Positions 28,036-36,769 of a stretch of DNA of 47,956 nt are shown here, piece after piece (the first letter of the stretch is position 1; every line of letters begins with the position of its first letter). Both the position numbers and the translations under genes were made by a program. Under the pieces are notes generated by a model. That model saw only the letters and a program-made list of their open reading frames with translations, made no database searches and was not told where the DNA came from. Source of the stretch: Klebsiella phage VLCpiS13a; sequence record NC_071152.1. One strand, 5' to 3'.

Positions 28036-29959
28036 TTTGTTCTCCTATGAAATCCTTGCGGTGGATGATATCGCGGCCTTTATCGTTAAAACGATGCGTG
28101 ATGCGTTTAGGTGCGCGGATTAAACCGGCGTAATGCATGAAAGTCTTAGCATCATGGCAGTCCATCATTTTCTTCAGCATGGACTTGTCTTCAAGATGCG
28201 GAAGCAGAGCCTTCATTTTAAACATGTCGCGCAGGTGCTTTGGCTTGCCTCCGAACGGATAAAACACCTCATTTGCCCAGCCGGTCTTTCCATCAGCTTT
28301 TACCACCAGGTAACGATAAAGAACCCCCTCAGCGTCTTTGGTCAACTCGACTTTAAAATCTTGTACATCTGTCCATTCTTTATCGGTATAAGCACGCTCA
28401 TTAAGCGCCGCGTTAGGGTCGCGTAAAACGTGATCGCATTGACGGCAATAACGAGCTGTTGGGTCATTTTTTGTGCCGCAACCATCATCAAAAATACGGA
28501 TACCATGCTTGTCGAAACCACAGCGAATGAAGCTGAAAAACTCTTCGCAACGACCATCCTGCGACGTTGAATCTTTACCGATGCAACGCCGTGCATATGG
28601 GCTGTTCATCGTCTGGCATTTAGGGCATGGAACCTGCTCTCCGCTGCGTTTTGCGCGCTGTGCTTCTGCTTCTTCCAGAATTGGGTCTTCATACAGCTGA
28701 CCAAGTTCAAACATCGTACCAGAGAAATCAAGGACCAGATGGTCTTCTTTATGATACCCGGCGTCAATGTGCTCTTTTTTAAGGAGCCGCATACCGCGAC
28801 CTAATAGCTGCACAAGAAGGGTAAGTGACATTATTTTCCTTAGCACGACTGAGCAATCCCAAAGAGGGATGTTAACGCCAGTAGTTAATGCAGCAACCTG
28901 AAGTGTGTATTTTATTTTTCCTGTATATGCGTCTTTAAGCGCCTTTCTCCTGGCTTTCATGCCCATATCTTCTGTCACTATGGCATAACTTCCCTCAGGA
29001 AGACGTTTGGCCACATCTCTGCAATGTCTCTTTCCGGCACATGTAATTAGAACCCCGTTTCGATTAGAAGTAAGCGCGATAACTTTTGCCATGATTTTAT
29101 CGAGCTTGTCATCTTGTTTGAGAATGCTATTTTCCATTTGTTTCAGCTGCTCAGCTGTAAAGTCTTGAGTACCGTCAACATCAGAACCATGAAAATCTGA
29201 CAGGTCGTATTGCAAATCATCCGTATCATTTAGACCAAAGATTGTTGGAACAACGAATCCGCGATCAACCATGTACTTAGTATCAATGTTAATTATCTCG
29301 TGCTTCCAGTAAGCGCCCTTCATTGATTCAGTCCCGCGGAATGGACTTCCAGTGAAAGCGATTGTGATCATGTCGTGTCCATACTTCGCCTTGCACCGTC
29401 GATTTAGCTCAGTGAGTATCACACCATATTGTGTTGTTGGATTATCACTAACAACATCCTGCCACGGAACTTGGTGACCTTCATCGCACAGGCAGAATCT
29501 AGGAGTGAAATCTGACAGGTCTGATTTTTTGATTACTTCACCTGATTCATCTTTTTTGTCAAAAAGAGAATTTATAATTGTTCCTTCTGTGGCGCAAATT
29601 ATTGGATATGCAGTACTCTTTCGCCCTAGAGACGCGCTATACAGAGAATTTTTAACACCAAAGTTCCAGAGCTCACTTGCATCCTGGTCAATAATTTCAG
29701 ACTGTCTGGCAATGACAAGACCATCCCATCCCATATCTTGAAATCTGCTGCACAGCATTGAAATCATCACGGTTTTACCGCTAGAAACAGAAGCAGTAAC
29801 ATAGCTTGGTTTAGGGTCTTTACCAAAGTTGCGGATTACTTCTGCGCACTTGGCATACACCAGCCACTGGTAATCATATGGCTCTATGAGCCCCGGCTTG
29901 ATAGATTGCTTTAACTTTTCAATGTCAAGCTCTGCAATCATTTTGTCTATTTTATGCAT
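28022..29959 (-). CDS. SF2 ATP-dependent DNA helicase with C-terminal zinc-ribbon region
   Basis: Motif I SVSSGKT, motif II DEGH, later helicase motifs; CPKCQT..C and CRQCDHV zinc ribbons. Confidence 0.85.
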   Translation of the reverse strand: MHKIDKMIAELDIEKLKQSIKPGLIEPYDYQWLVYAKCAEVIRNFGKDPKPSYVTASVSSGKTVMISMLCSRFQDMGWDGLVIARQSEIIDQDASELWNFGVKNSLYSASLGRKSTAYPIICATEGTIINSLFDKKDESGEVIKKSDLSDFTPRFCLCDEGHQVPWQDVVSDNPTTQYGVILTELNRRCKAKYGHDMITIAFTGSPFRGTESMKGAYWKHEIINIDTKYMVDRGFVVPTIFGLNDTDDLQYDLSDFHGSDVDGTQDFTAEQLKQMENSILKQDDKLDKIMAKVIALTSNRNGVLITCAGKRHCRDVAKRLPEGSYAIVTEDMGMKARRKALKDAYTGKIKYTLQVAALTTGVNIPLWDCSVVLRKIMSLTLLVQLLGRGMRLLKKEHIDAGYHKEDHLVLDFSGTMFELGQLYEDPILEEAEAQRAKRSGEQVPCPKCQTMNSPYARRCIGKDSTSQDGRCEEFFSFIRCGFDKHGIRIFDDGCGTKNDPTARYCRQCDHVLRDPNAALNERAYTDKEWTDVQDFKVELTKDAEGVLYRYLVVKADGKTGWANEVFYPFGGKPKHLRDMFKMKALLPHLEDKSMLKKMMDCHDAKTFMHYAGLIRAPKRITHRFNDKGRDIIHRKDFIGEQIEAA

Positions 29960-29962
29960 AGC

Positions 29963-30529
29963 TCACCCTAAATTAACAAACTCTTTATGATTAACCACCA
30001 TGAATTCACGAATCGCCTTTTCTGCTGATTCTATGGTATTAAACAAGCCAAGATGAATCCTCTTCTTGTTTATTGATGTCTGCGCTCTCCATTTGTTGCA
30101 TCTTTTATCGAAATGCACACCTTTTACACCAGATTTATTTGTTGATTTCTTTTTCATGTTGAACATGTTTTGTTGATGACTGGAAATTCTAAGGTTACAA
30201 ATTCGATTGTCTGACTTATCACCATTTATATGGTCTATTTCATGCCCATCTATGTCTTCTCCATAAACATAAATCCATGCCAATCTATGCGCGAAAAACA
30301 GCCTTGATCCAACCCTTATTTTTATGTACCCACGTGAGTTTTTATATCCAGCAATATCTCCTGGCTTGACATTTCTTGAGTTGCCATTAATCCACTTAAA
30401 AACCCCAGTGTCAGGGTTGTAATCAAGAGCCTCCATAAGCCTTTCCTGTGAAACCTTTAGCTTTTCTTTCTTCCCTGAAGTTTTTAAGTCTGCATCCTGA
30501 GCAGCAGAACTCAGCTCTTGATGTTCCAT
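29963..30529 (-). CDS. HNH homing endonuclease with AP2 DNA-binding domain
   Basis: HNH_3 motif YIKIRVGSRLFFAHRLAWIYVYGED..EIDHINGDKSDNRICNLR and AP2-like GVHFDKRCNKWRAQTSINKKRIHLG. Confidence 0.85.
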   Translation of the reverse strand: MEHQELSSAAQDADLKTSGKKEKLKVSQERLMEALDYNPDTGVFKWINGNSRNVKPGDIAGYKNSRGYIKIRVGSRLFFAHRLAWIYVYGEDIDGHEIDHINGDKSDNRICNLRISSHQQNMFNMKKKSTNKSGVKGVHFDKRCNKWRAQTSINKKRIHLGLFNTIESAEKAIREFMVVNHKEFVNLG

Positions 30530-30587
30530 GAAATTCTCTCCCGCATTGTTTGCACTTCTTCAATGTGATAGCCATTTGTTACCCTCA

Positions 30588-30616
30588 ATATTAAACCCAG
30601 TTGCGTTTCATGTCAA
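30588..30616 (-). promoter_or_regulatory. consensus sigma70 promoter TTGACA-N17-TAATAT (leftward, helicase operon)
   Basis: Reverse complement of 30588-30616. Confidence 0.5.
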
Positions 30617-30641
30617 GAACGCTTGCGCGTTTCATGCTAGT

Positions 30642-30670
30642 AAATTACAATGAATCTACATCATAGTCAA
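30642..30670 (-). promoter_or_regulatory. promoter TTGACT-N17-TAATTT carrying TGATGTAGATTC element
   Basis: Reverse complement of 30642-30670; tandem with promoter at 30588. Confidence 0.45.
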
Positions 30671-30682
30671 CTGGAAGAAATT

Positions 30683-31552
30683 ATGCGATACGACTGGAAG
30701 GATATAGAGCCTTTAATGGTTGGCAACTGGCAGGCCGCTATCATGTCGATAGTCAATGTCGATATGCGAATTTTTAATGGCAAGCATCAGCCATGCCCGA
30801 GCTGCGCTGGCACGGACAGGTTCCGCTTTGATGACCATTTAGACTACAAAGGTGACGGCGGCGCCATCTGCAACCAGTGCGGAAACGGCAGCGGAATCAC
30901 CTGGTTAATGAAGCTGTCAGGAATGACGTTTCCAGAGTCAATAGAGGCACTGGCCGGATTTCTGAACATGCATCCACGAGAAAAACTTGAGGCGATTAGA
31001 AAACAACTACCTAAGGTCAACCATGCTTCTGACTATCTGACAGCGGCAGAAGTTGAGGCAATCATGAAAAAAGCAGGCGACGACACCATAACCGGTAAAA
31101 CTGGTGAACTGGTAGCGATACCGCTCTATATGGCAGGCACCATGACGCCATGCAATGTGGCTTTTCTGGCAGATGATGAAAGCGTGTTATTTCGCGCGGG
31201 TTTCAGCTATGAGTACACTCGCGGAAGACTTACGCGAGGCGCTGTTACACCGATTGGTGAAAAAACAGAGTGGACATACCTTGTATCCAATTACTTTGAC
31301 GCATGGCGAGCGCATCGGCTTACTGGCGCTCATGTCTGGTGTTGCTGGTCGCCTGAAAACATGTGGGAAGTTGTTCGCAACGTGAGCGATGAGCAGCGCA
31401 CTAAACTGCGTTGCATCATTAATAATAATTTTGATGAGGTATGTGCCGCCGAGAATGCAGACCTGCCGATACTGATCACTGATGATGGTCAGGATATCCG
31501 CTATAGCAGCGCCATCAGAAAGAGGCTGTATAAACCAGAAGAACTATTTTAG
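30683..31552 (+). CDS. DNA primase (zinc-binding N-terminus)
   Basis: CPSCAGTDRFRFDD ... CNQCG zinc motif; position in replication module; ATG 30683 preferred over upstream ATG 30650 that overlaps promoter motif. Confidence 0.55.
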   Translation: MRYDWKDIEPLMVGNWQAAIMSIVNVDMRIFNGKHQPCPSCAGTDRFRFDDHLDYKGDGGAICNQCGNGSGITWLMKLSGMTFPESIEALAGFLNMHPREKLEAIRKQLPKVNHASDYLTAAEVEAIMKKAGDDTITGKTGELVAIPLYMAGTMTPCNVAFLADDESVLFRAGFSYEYTRGRLTRGAVTPIGEKTEWTYLVSNYFDAWRAHRLTGAHVWCCWSPENMWEVVRNVSDEQRTKLRCIINNNFDEVCAAENADLPILITDDGQDIRYSSAIRKRLYKPEELF

Positions 31553-31556
31553 GCGC

Positions 31557-31594
31557 TAAAAAAACAAACCCTCCATCAGGAGGGTTTGTTTTTA
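31557..31594. terminator. bidirectional rho-independent terminator
   Basis: AAAAAAACAAACCCTCC-ATCA-GGAGGGTTTGTTTTT. Confidence 0.75.
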
Positions 31595-31822
31595 TTCTAT
31601 ACTAATTAAAACGTAACCAGGAAGATATGAGCTTACATCAGCGATATGAACAATTAATTTATCAACCCTCTCTCCTGTGTAATCACCATCCCATTCATAA
31701 AGCGCAAGGATGTCTCCAACCTTAAAATTACGATCGTTATTCCTTAGTTCAGCCCTCTTTAAACCATCAACAACAGGCCAAAAGTATTCAGGTAATATTT
31801 TAAGTTCATGTACTTTGCTCAT
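31592..31822 (-). CDS. ASCH/PUA-like small protein
   Basis: 76 aa, ATGA overlap with upstream gene. Confidence 0.5.
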   Translation of the reverse strand: MSKVHELKILPEYFWPVVDGLKRAELRNNDRNFKVGDILALYEWDGDYTGERVDKLIVHIADVSSYLPGYVLISIE

Positions 31823-33378
31823 TATTTCAGTCTCGGATTCAGGTAAACGGTGTTATTAAGGAATACGCAATATCCATCCTCTTCAAGAGACGGCAAAACG
31901 TTTGACTTGAGTCTGTCATAAATATGCGGTATGCCTTTGAATGGTCTTACATTTTTCAGTGAATCGTACAGCCATTTTACCGTGACATTCGTTTTTCCTT
32001 TTTGCGCAGCTGTGCGCAATTTTTCGGCAACAACGTCAATTTCCGATTTCTCGCCAGCGTATCCATTTGACTCAACGGCATCGGTAAATGTTTTTGTCAA
32101 TGCATCATAAACGCTTATGGCGCGGCTTATATGTTCCTCACCAATAATTTTTGAGCGACGCCCGCCATCGCACCAGTTTTCAGCGGCATGGAATATTGCC
32201 GAAAGCCTGATTATCTGCTTGTCAGCCTTACCCATGGCGCCACGAAGCAAAACGTGATCCCATTTTCCACCTGGCAGGAAATTCTTTTCCCACTGGTTTC
32301 GTAAAAGTCCAATCATACGCTGCGATTCTTTAGCGAGGGAGAAAACAACCTTCTCAGAAGCCACAAGGTTATGCACAAATCTGGCATATTCTGCCTTTAG
32401 TTCTTTAGGCATTGGCTTACTTACCGGGCAATCATTTTCAACATCCCAATGCTCACGATAACCCAACATCGACTGTTCACGAAGCATCAGGAATCGCTCT
32501 GACAACCCGTTACCCCTGTCGCCAGCCGACAGAATGGCATCAATACTTTCATCCTGTGCAATGACGCTGATGTTACCAAGAACATAGCCAGATGAAACAC
32601 CACGACCAACGCGAGCTGAACCAACAAACCCACCGTCCCAGCCTTTCAGGATGACCTCTGCGTTAGACTTTCCGCCATCCTTGCCATATGAAAGGCCAAG
32701 ACAGGTATTTAAAACGCTTGCCTCATCACTTATCAGGTTGAAAAAACCACCCTCATGAATTGCCTGGTGCTGCACCGCTTCTGGCGTCGCATCGGTTAAC
32801 GGGTAGGTAATGGTGTAAAGACTTTCCAGTTTTTCCTTCTCTTTCGCAATATCGTCCCCGATGATGGCTTTCGCGTTATGATTCGTCGCTTCCTTGTAAG
32901 CCTTCATCAGGTCTTCAATGCGAATGTTTATTTTTACAATTTCCTTCTCCATCTTTTTTGACAGGTTGTCATACTCAATTTTTATCGGGTTCATGTGCAT
33001 TGAGTTGATAGCTGTCTTGCCAGCTGATGGCGGCTGCGACGTCACCACATACAAGGAAACGGGTAACTCAGAGCCATAGTATTCAACGCTAAAGTTTCTG
33101 GTCATGGCACTTGCTACGCAGCCAAGCAGATGCATGAATGACGTGCTAACAGGGAATTGCACAGCCCTTGCCGCTGCCACTGAGTAGCGAGTTATCAGGT
33201 CTTTCCTGTTGTCACTGGTAAGCTCTATCTCTGAGTATGTTACATCATTCTCCTGACCTTCCTTGATTTCTGGCCACATGTTATGGCTTGGTGTCATGCC
33301 ATGATGAATGGCTACGCGCGCCGCAGAGGTGTGCGCTTCTCTTGCCTGATTGAAGATTTCCTGTGCTGTAATCATCAT
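31822..33378 (-). CDS. replication-module protein (DUF3987-like, P-loop-like PSAGKT motif)
   Basis: 518 aa, in replication module next to primase. Confidence 0.45.
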   Translation of the reverse strand: MMITAQEIFNQAREAHTSAARVAIHHGMTPSHNMWPEIKEGQENDVTYSEIELTSDNRKDLITRYSVAAARAVQFPVSTSFMHLLGCVASAMTRNFSVEYYGSELPVSLYVVTSQPPSAGKTAINSMHMNPIKIEYDNLSKKMEKEIVKINIRIEDLMKAYKEATNHNAKAIIGDDIAKEKEKLESLYTITYPLTDATPEAVQHQAIHEGGFFNLISDEASVLNTCLGLSYGKDGGKSNAEVILKGWDGGFVGSARVGRGVSSGYVLGNISVIAQDESIDAILSAGDRGNGLSERFLMLREQSMLGYREHWDVENDCPVSKPMPKELKAEYARFVHNLVASEKVVFSLAKESQRMIGLLRNQWEKNFLPGGKWDHVLLRGAMGKADKQIIRLSAIFHAAENWCDGGRRSKIIGEEHISRAISVYDALTKTFTDAVESNGYAGEKSEIDVVAEKLRTAAQKGKTNVTVKWLYDSLKNVRPFKGIPHIYDRLKSNVLPSLEEDGYCVFLNNTVYLNPRLK

Positions 33379-33611
33379 GAAATCCTTTTCACGTAAATGG
33401 TCTCTTTGTCAGGATATCCGGATTTAGTGGAAAATTTTAAATCAGGGTTCCTGCGCATGAAGTAGTTTATGGCGTTCCTTAAACTCACAACGCCGCCAAA
33501 CTTTCTTGCATCATAAGTTACCATCTCCCCAACAGCGATAGCAGCAAGCGAAGACAGCGCTGCATTCTTCTTTCCGTACTTATCAAGATACACATCAACC
33601 CCCTTCATCAA
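33375..33611 (-). CDS. hypothetical protein
   Basis: 78 aa, SD GAAGGGGG, first gene of leftward operon; ATGA overlap with next gene. Confidence 0.4.
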   Translation of the reverse strand: MMKGVDVYLDKYGKKNAALSSLAAIAVGEMVTYDARKFGGVVSLRNAINYFMRRNPDLKFSTKSGYPDKETIYVKRIS

Positions 33612-33671
33612 ACAAATCTATGTTTAATCATATCATAAACATTGAATCATGCAATCACAAACCTTCATTGT

Positions 33672-33700
33672 GGGGCATATGGGGCATCCTTGGGGAAGGG
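33672..33700 (+). repeat. G-tract cluster GGGGcatatGGGGcatccttGGGGaaGGG (G-quadruplex-capable)
   Basis: Four G-runs with loops of 5, 7 and 2 nt. Confidence 0.5.
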
Positions 33701-33734
33701 TATCTTCCCCAAAATTTATCACTCTAAGTATATG

Positions 33735-33840
33735 TAATATAATAATAATAGTAGTAGTTGGGTTAATGGGTAATATTATTATTCATATTATAGGTATTAT
33801 TTTAACAATAAATTAACAAATTGGCGGCGTTTTTATATAT
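33735..33840. other. AT-rich tract (candidate DNA unwinding element / origin)
   Basis: >85 percent A+T over ~100 bp with AATAATAATAGTAGTAG reiterations, flanked by G/C-tract repeats. Confidence 0.35.
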
Positions 33841-33947
33841 ACAAGGGGATGGGTATCAAAATTGCCCCACTTCCCCAAAGATGTTAAATCCCTTTAGTGA
33901 CAAGGCTTGCGCGTGGGGAAGCACTATGCCCCAGCACCTTACCCACA

Positions 33948-33964
33948 GGGGTAAAATTTACCCC
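33948..33964. repeat. inverted repeat GGGGTAAA-A-TTTACCCC
   Basis: Perfect 8-bp arms, 25 bp upstream of promoter at 33990. Confidence 0.5.
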
Positions 33965-33989
33965 AGGCGGATTTATTTTCACCATCATA

Positions 33990-34018
33990 TTGACGTAGAT
34001 TGAGCGCCATCGTATAGT
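33990..34018 (+). promoter_or_regulatory. early promoter TTGACG-N17-TATAGT (near-duplicate of 7841-7869 module)
   Basis: TTGACGTAGATTGAGCGCCATCGTATAGT; SD GAGAGGTGA and ATG 34050 downstream. Confidence 0.55.
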
Positions 34019-34049
34019 TACCACATCAACAACAGAGAGGTGATGGAGA

Positions 34050-34265
34050 ATGAAGAAAGGTGATGTGGTGAAGTGTGTTGATGCAAAGAAACACAAATAC
34101 CTCACAAATGGTAAAAACTATGAAGTTAGCGCAGGAGACGGTGATAATGGGAAATTTGGCCACATTTGCGGCGACATCGGTTTTGAAATCATAAACGATG
34201 AAGGTGAAGCAATCTTTCAGTGCAGACTTGATGGTCTTCATGGATTATTCGAGGTACAAAAATGA
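34050..34265 (+). CDS. early small protein
   Basis: 71 aa; first gene of coupled operon. Confidence 0.5.
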   Translation: MKKGDVVKCVDAKKHKYLTNGKNYEVSAGDGDNGKFGHICGDIGFEIINDEGEAIFQCRLDGLHGLFEVQK

Positions 34266-34447
34266 CCAAAGCAATCTACACACGAACTCAACTGGAGCCT
34301 GAAATTGGCGCAGTGAAAGCGCAAAACTTTATGATGGCGCAGGCGATGCATGCATACAGCAACGGTAAGCGCGTCTGTCGAGTTTTTAGTGGCGAAGGCA
34401 AGCAGAGAGTGCTTGAACAGGTTATCGTGTCATCTGGTGGAAACTAA
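34262..34447 (+). CDS. early small protein
   Basis: ATGA overlap. Confidence 0.45.
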   Translation: MTKAIYTRTQLEPEIGAVKAQNFMMAQAMHAYSNGKRVCRVFSGEGKQRVLEQVIVSSGGN

Positions 34448-34462
34448 ACCGGTTTAGCAACG

Positions 34463-34741
34463 ATGAATAAATTACTTGCAGTGGTTTTACTGGTTATCGC
34501 TAACGCAGCAAGCGCAGAGACAATATGGGTTACGAAGTATGCACTGACCCGTGGCATTCAGAAGTACGAAAGCGCACAGTTGTTTGCCGATGGTCAGGTT
34601 GCCGTAGTTGGCGATGTTTACTTTAAACGTGGTGAATACTGGCTTGATGAACAACAGGCAAAAGAGCATGCAGAGACTTTGCGGCAACGCCGTGTATCTG
34701 CACTGATGCGTGAGCTTGAGCGTTTACAGGCGGTTAAGTGA
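34463..34741 (+). CDS. secreted small protein (signal peptide)
   Basis: MNKLLAVVLLVIANAASA-ETIW signal peptide. Confidence 0.5.
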   Translation: MNKLLAVVLLVIANAASAETIWVTKYALTRGIQKYESAQLFADGQVAVVGDVYFKRGEYWLDEQQAKEHAETLRQRRVSALMRELERLQAVK

Positions 34742-34747
34742 GGATTT

Positions 34748-34909
34748 ATGTTGGCGATGACATTGGCTTTTGTGTGCGCATTCTTTATTGCTTTACTCAC
34801 AGCACCAAAGCAGGCATCTTTTACTGAAAGATTTGCATTGGGAATGATTGCGGCATGCTTATCAGCAGTATGCGTCTTTTGTTTTTATGTCGACATGGGT
34901 AAATGGTGA
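34748..34909 (+). CDS. small membrane protein (53 aa)
   Basis: Two hydrophobic segments. Confidence 0.35.
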   Translation: MLAMTLAFVCAFFIALLTAPKQASFTERFALGMIAACLSAVCVFCFYVDMGKW

Positions 34910-34915
34910 GGGTTT

Positions 34916-35353
34916 ATGGATATCGAAATTAAAGAAGTTCAGGAAATTATTAAAAACCTTGAGAGAAGTGGTGAACTTTCAATCAAAGAGGGAAAATACC
35001 TCAATGTTGCAAAGCTGTGCGTGCAGCTGGCGGCGGAGAATTTAACGATGAATCGCTTGCTGACCGACATCAGCGACAACCACGTTGAATATTTCTCTGA
35101 AGGCGAAGGCTACATGTTCGCTGGTGTGCCGCTGGATTATGTTTCAGAAATTAACATGTACGTTTCCCGCGATGTTAATGCTGAAAACCCGTTCCCCGCC
35201 ACCGACCGCATCGTAGCCGGGATTAAGGCTGATGGGGTGGATATGGTGCTTGATCTTATTAGTCATACAAATGGAATGCTTTACGCAGATAGCGTAAAGG
35301 AGATGCTTTCTGACGTTTCCTCCAAGCTGCGCGAGGGGGCCGACAAATGCTGA
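34916..35353 (+). CDS. early hypothetical protein
   Basis: 145 aa, SD GGTGAGGG. Confidence 0.5.
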   Translation: MDIEIKEVQEIIKNLERSGELSIKEGKYLNVAKLCVQLAAENLTMNRLLTDISDNHVEYFSEGEGYMFAGVPLDYVSEINMYVSRDVNAENPFPATDRIVAGIKADGVDMVLDLISHTNGMLYADSVKEMLSDVSSKLREGADKC

Positions 35354-35553
35354 AGCCTAATCACGTCTATATCGAGGTATCTCATAACCAGAGCGGCGGC
35401 CTGTCTCTCTGCGTCAGCAATGACGACTATGGCTATCGTATTTCGGGTGACAAAGTTGGCGGGTGCAAAACGCTGGCGCGCTTTGAGGTCGACGCCAGCG
35501 AGCTTATCGAACAAATCCGCGAGCATGCAAATACAGAGGGGGCAGACAAATGA
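35347..35553 (+). CDS. early small protein
   Basis: overlaps neighbours by 7/4 nt. Confidence 0.45.
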   Translation: MLKPNHVYIEVSHNQSGGLSLCVSNDDYGYRISGDKVGGCKTLARFEVDASELIEQIREHANTEGADK

Positions 35554-35834
35554 GCATCATCGACGATTCACATCTGACCGATGAGGTTGTTAAAAGCGCC
35601 TTTGAAGGCACAAACTTCGGGCGGGATGATTTCCGTACCATTCTGGCTGAGACCGTTATGAAACGTGCCGCCGGTTATCACTCTGGCTGGACGGCGACGA
35701 CCATTTGCACACGCCTCAAACTGCTGGGTAAACAGGAGCGGCCAACAAAACTCGGCCTGACGTTTGCCTTTCACCACTACTACCGCCAGAGCGTCCGCGA
35801 TGCGCTGATGCCAAAACAGGAGCGTGCAGCATGA
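35550..35834 (+). CDS. early hypothetical protein
   Basis: ATGA overlap. Confidence 0.45.
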   Translation: MSIIDDSHLTDEVVKSAFEGTNFGRDDFRTILAETVMKRAAGYHSGWTATTICTRLKLLGKQERPTKLGLTFAFHHYYRQSVRDALMPKQERAA

Positions 35835-36235
35835 GCAACTTTGATACTTCATCGCAAGTTAAGGCTCGCAAGTTACATCGTTGCTGTGAATGTTACGGCG
35901 CTATCAATCCAGGCGATACCTACGAGAAAGTTTTTGTCGTCCAGGATGGCAATGCCAGCAACTTCAAGACATGCCAGAAATGCACAGAAGCACGTGACTG
36001 GCTGCTTAGCAAAACTGATTGGCCTGACGATATCGACGGCGAAGGGCATTCGTATTTCTTCACGATGCTGCGTGACCACCTCCTAGAGCAAGGCCGGGAA
36101 GGCGACCGCAAATACGCATTTCGATCGTATCGGCTTGCCGTCCTGATGGATAAGCGCCGCATGGCTTATGCCAACGCATACAACGCGGAGACCGTGAAAA
36201 TCCGCGATTCTCTTGCTCAAGGAGTCTCAGCATGA
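35831..36235 (+). CDS. zinc-binding early protein
   Basis: CCECYG ... CQKCTE pairs; 134 aa. Confidence 0.5.
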   Translation: MSNFDTSSQVKARKLHRCCECYGAINPGDTYEKVFVVQDGNASNFKTCQKCTEARDWLLSKTDWPDDIDGEGHSYFFTMLRDHLLEQGREGDRKYAFRSYRLAVLMDKRRMAYANAYNAETVKIRDSLAQGVSA

Positions 36236-36393
36236 CTGATATCACCAAACTGGCGCATGGCAATTCGCTGCGCAAAAAGCTTAATCGCCGCATCACTGCT
36301 GGCATTCTGGATTGCTTTTGCACTGGCCGTCTACTTTATCGTGAGGTGAATCATGTTATGGAGCGACATTCAGGCAGCATGCGAAGAGGCTGA
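36232..36393 (+). CDS. early small protein (53 aa)
   Basis: ATGA overlap. Confidence 0.3.
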   Translation: MTDITKLAHGNSLRKKLNRRITAGILDCFCTGRLLYREVNHVMERHSGSMRRG

Positions 36394-36511
36394 CTTTCTG
36401 TATGAGGAGACTGGTAAGCATCATGCCGTCATTCAGGTTGGCAGCATGATGATGGTGGTTGAACATAACAGCATGCTTCGGCATATGTACTCAACGACGA
36501 GGTATCAGTGA
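36353..36511 (+). CDS. early small protein (52 aa)
   Basis: ends TGATG overlapping next start. Confidence 0.3.
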   Translation: MLWSDIQAACEEADFLYEETGKHHAVIQVGSMMMVVEHNSMLRHMYSTTRYQ

Positions 36512-36705
36512 TGCCGCAAAAATCAAAGCAGGAGGTGTGGAAGGCTGCGCAGATTGAAGGAGTCGACCGCTTCATAGCAGCAATCGCAAAAGCCTTCCCT
36601 GATGCGATTGAGGTGGTGCACGTTCAAAGCAATAACTGTAATGTTTGGTGTTATGCGAAAACTGATGTACAATCATCTCATCAATCATCACCCACCACCC
36701 TTTAA
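36511..36705 (+). CDS. early small protein
   Basis: last gene before terminator. Confidence 0.4.
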   Translation: MPQKSKQEVWKAAQIEGVDRFIAAIAKAFPDAIEVVHVQSNNCNVWCYAKTDVQSSHQSSPTTL

Positions 36706-36730
36706 CCCGCTTCGGCGGGTTCTTTTTTTG
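36704..36730 (+). terminator. rho-independent terminator
   Basis: AACCCGC-TTCG-GCGGGTT + T7. Confidence 0.75.
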
Positions 36731-36769
36731 CCTCATGCGACATGGTGTAGAATCTGATACAATATCAAA

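Noticed and set aside
30650-30682. Upstream ATG 30650 as primase start
   Set aside because: It sits inside the promoter element (ATGAATCTACATCA) upstream of the likely transcription start; ATG 30683 with GGAAG SD is more plausible
33672-33964. G-tract/C-tract repeats considered as a CRISPR-like array
   Set aside because: Repeat units are short (7-9 bp), irregularly spaced and of mixed orientation; no cas genes; better explained as iterons/operator sites
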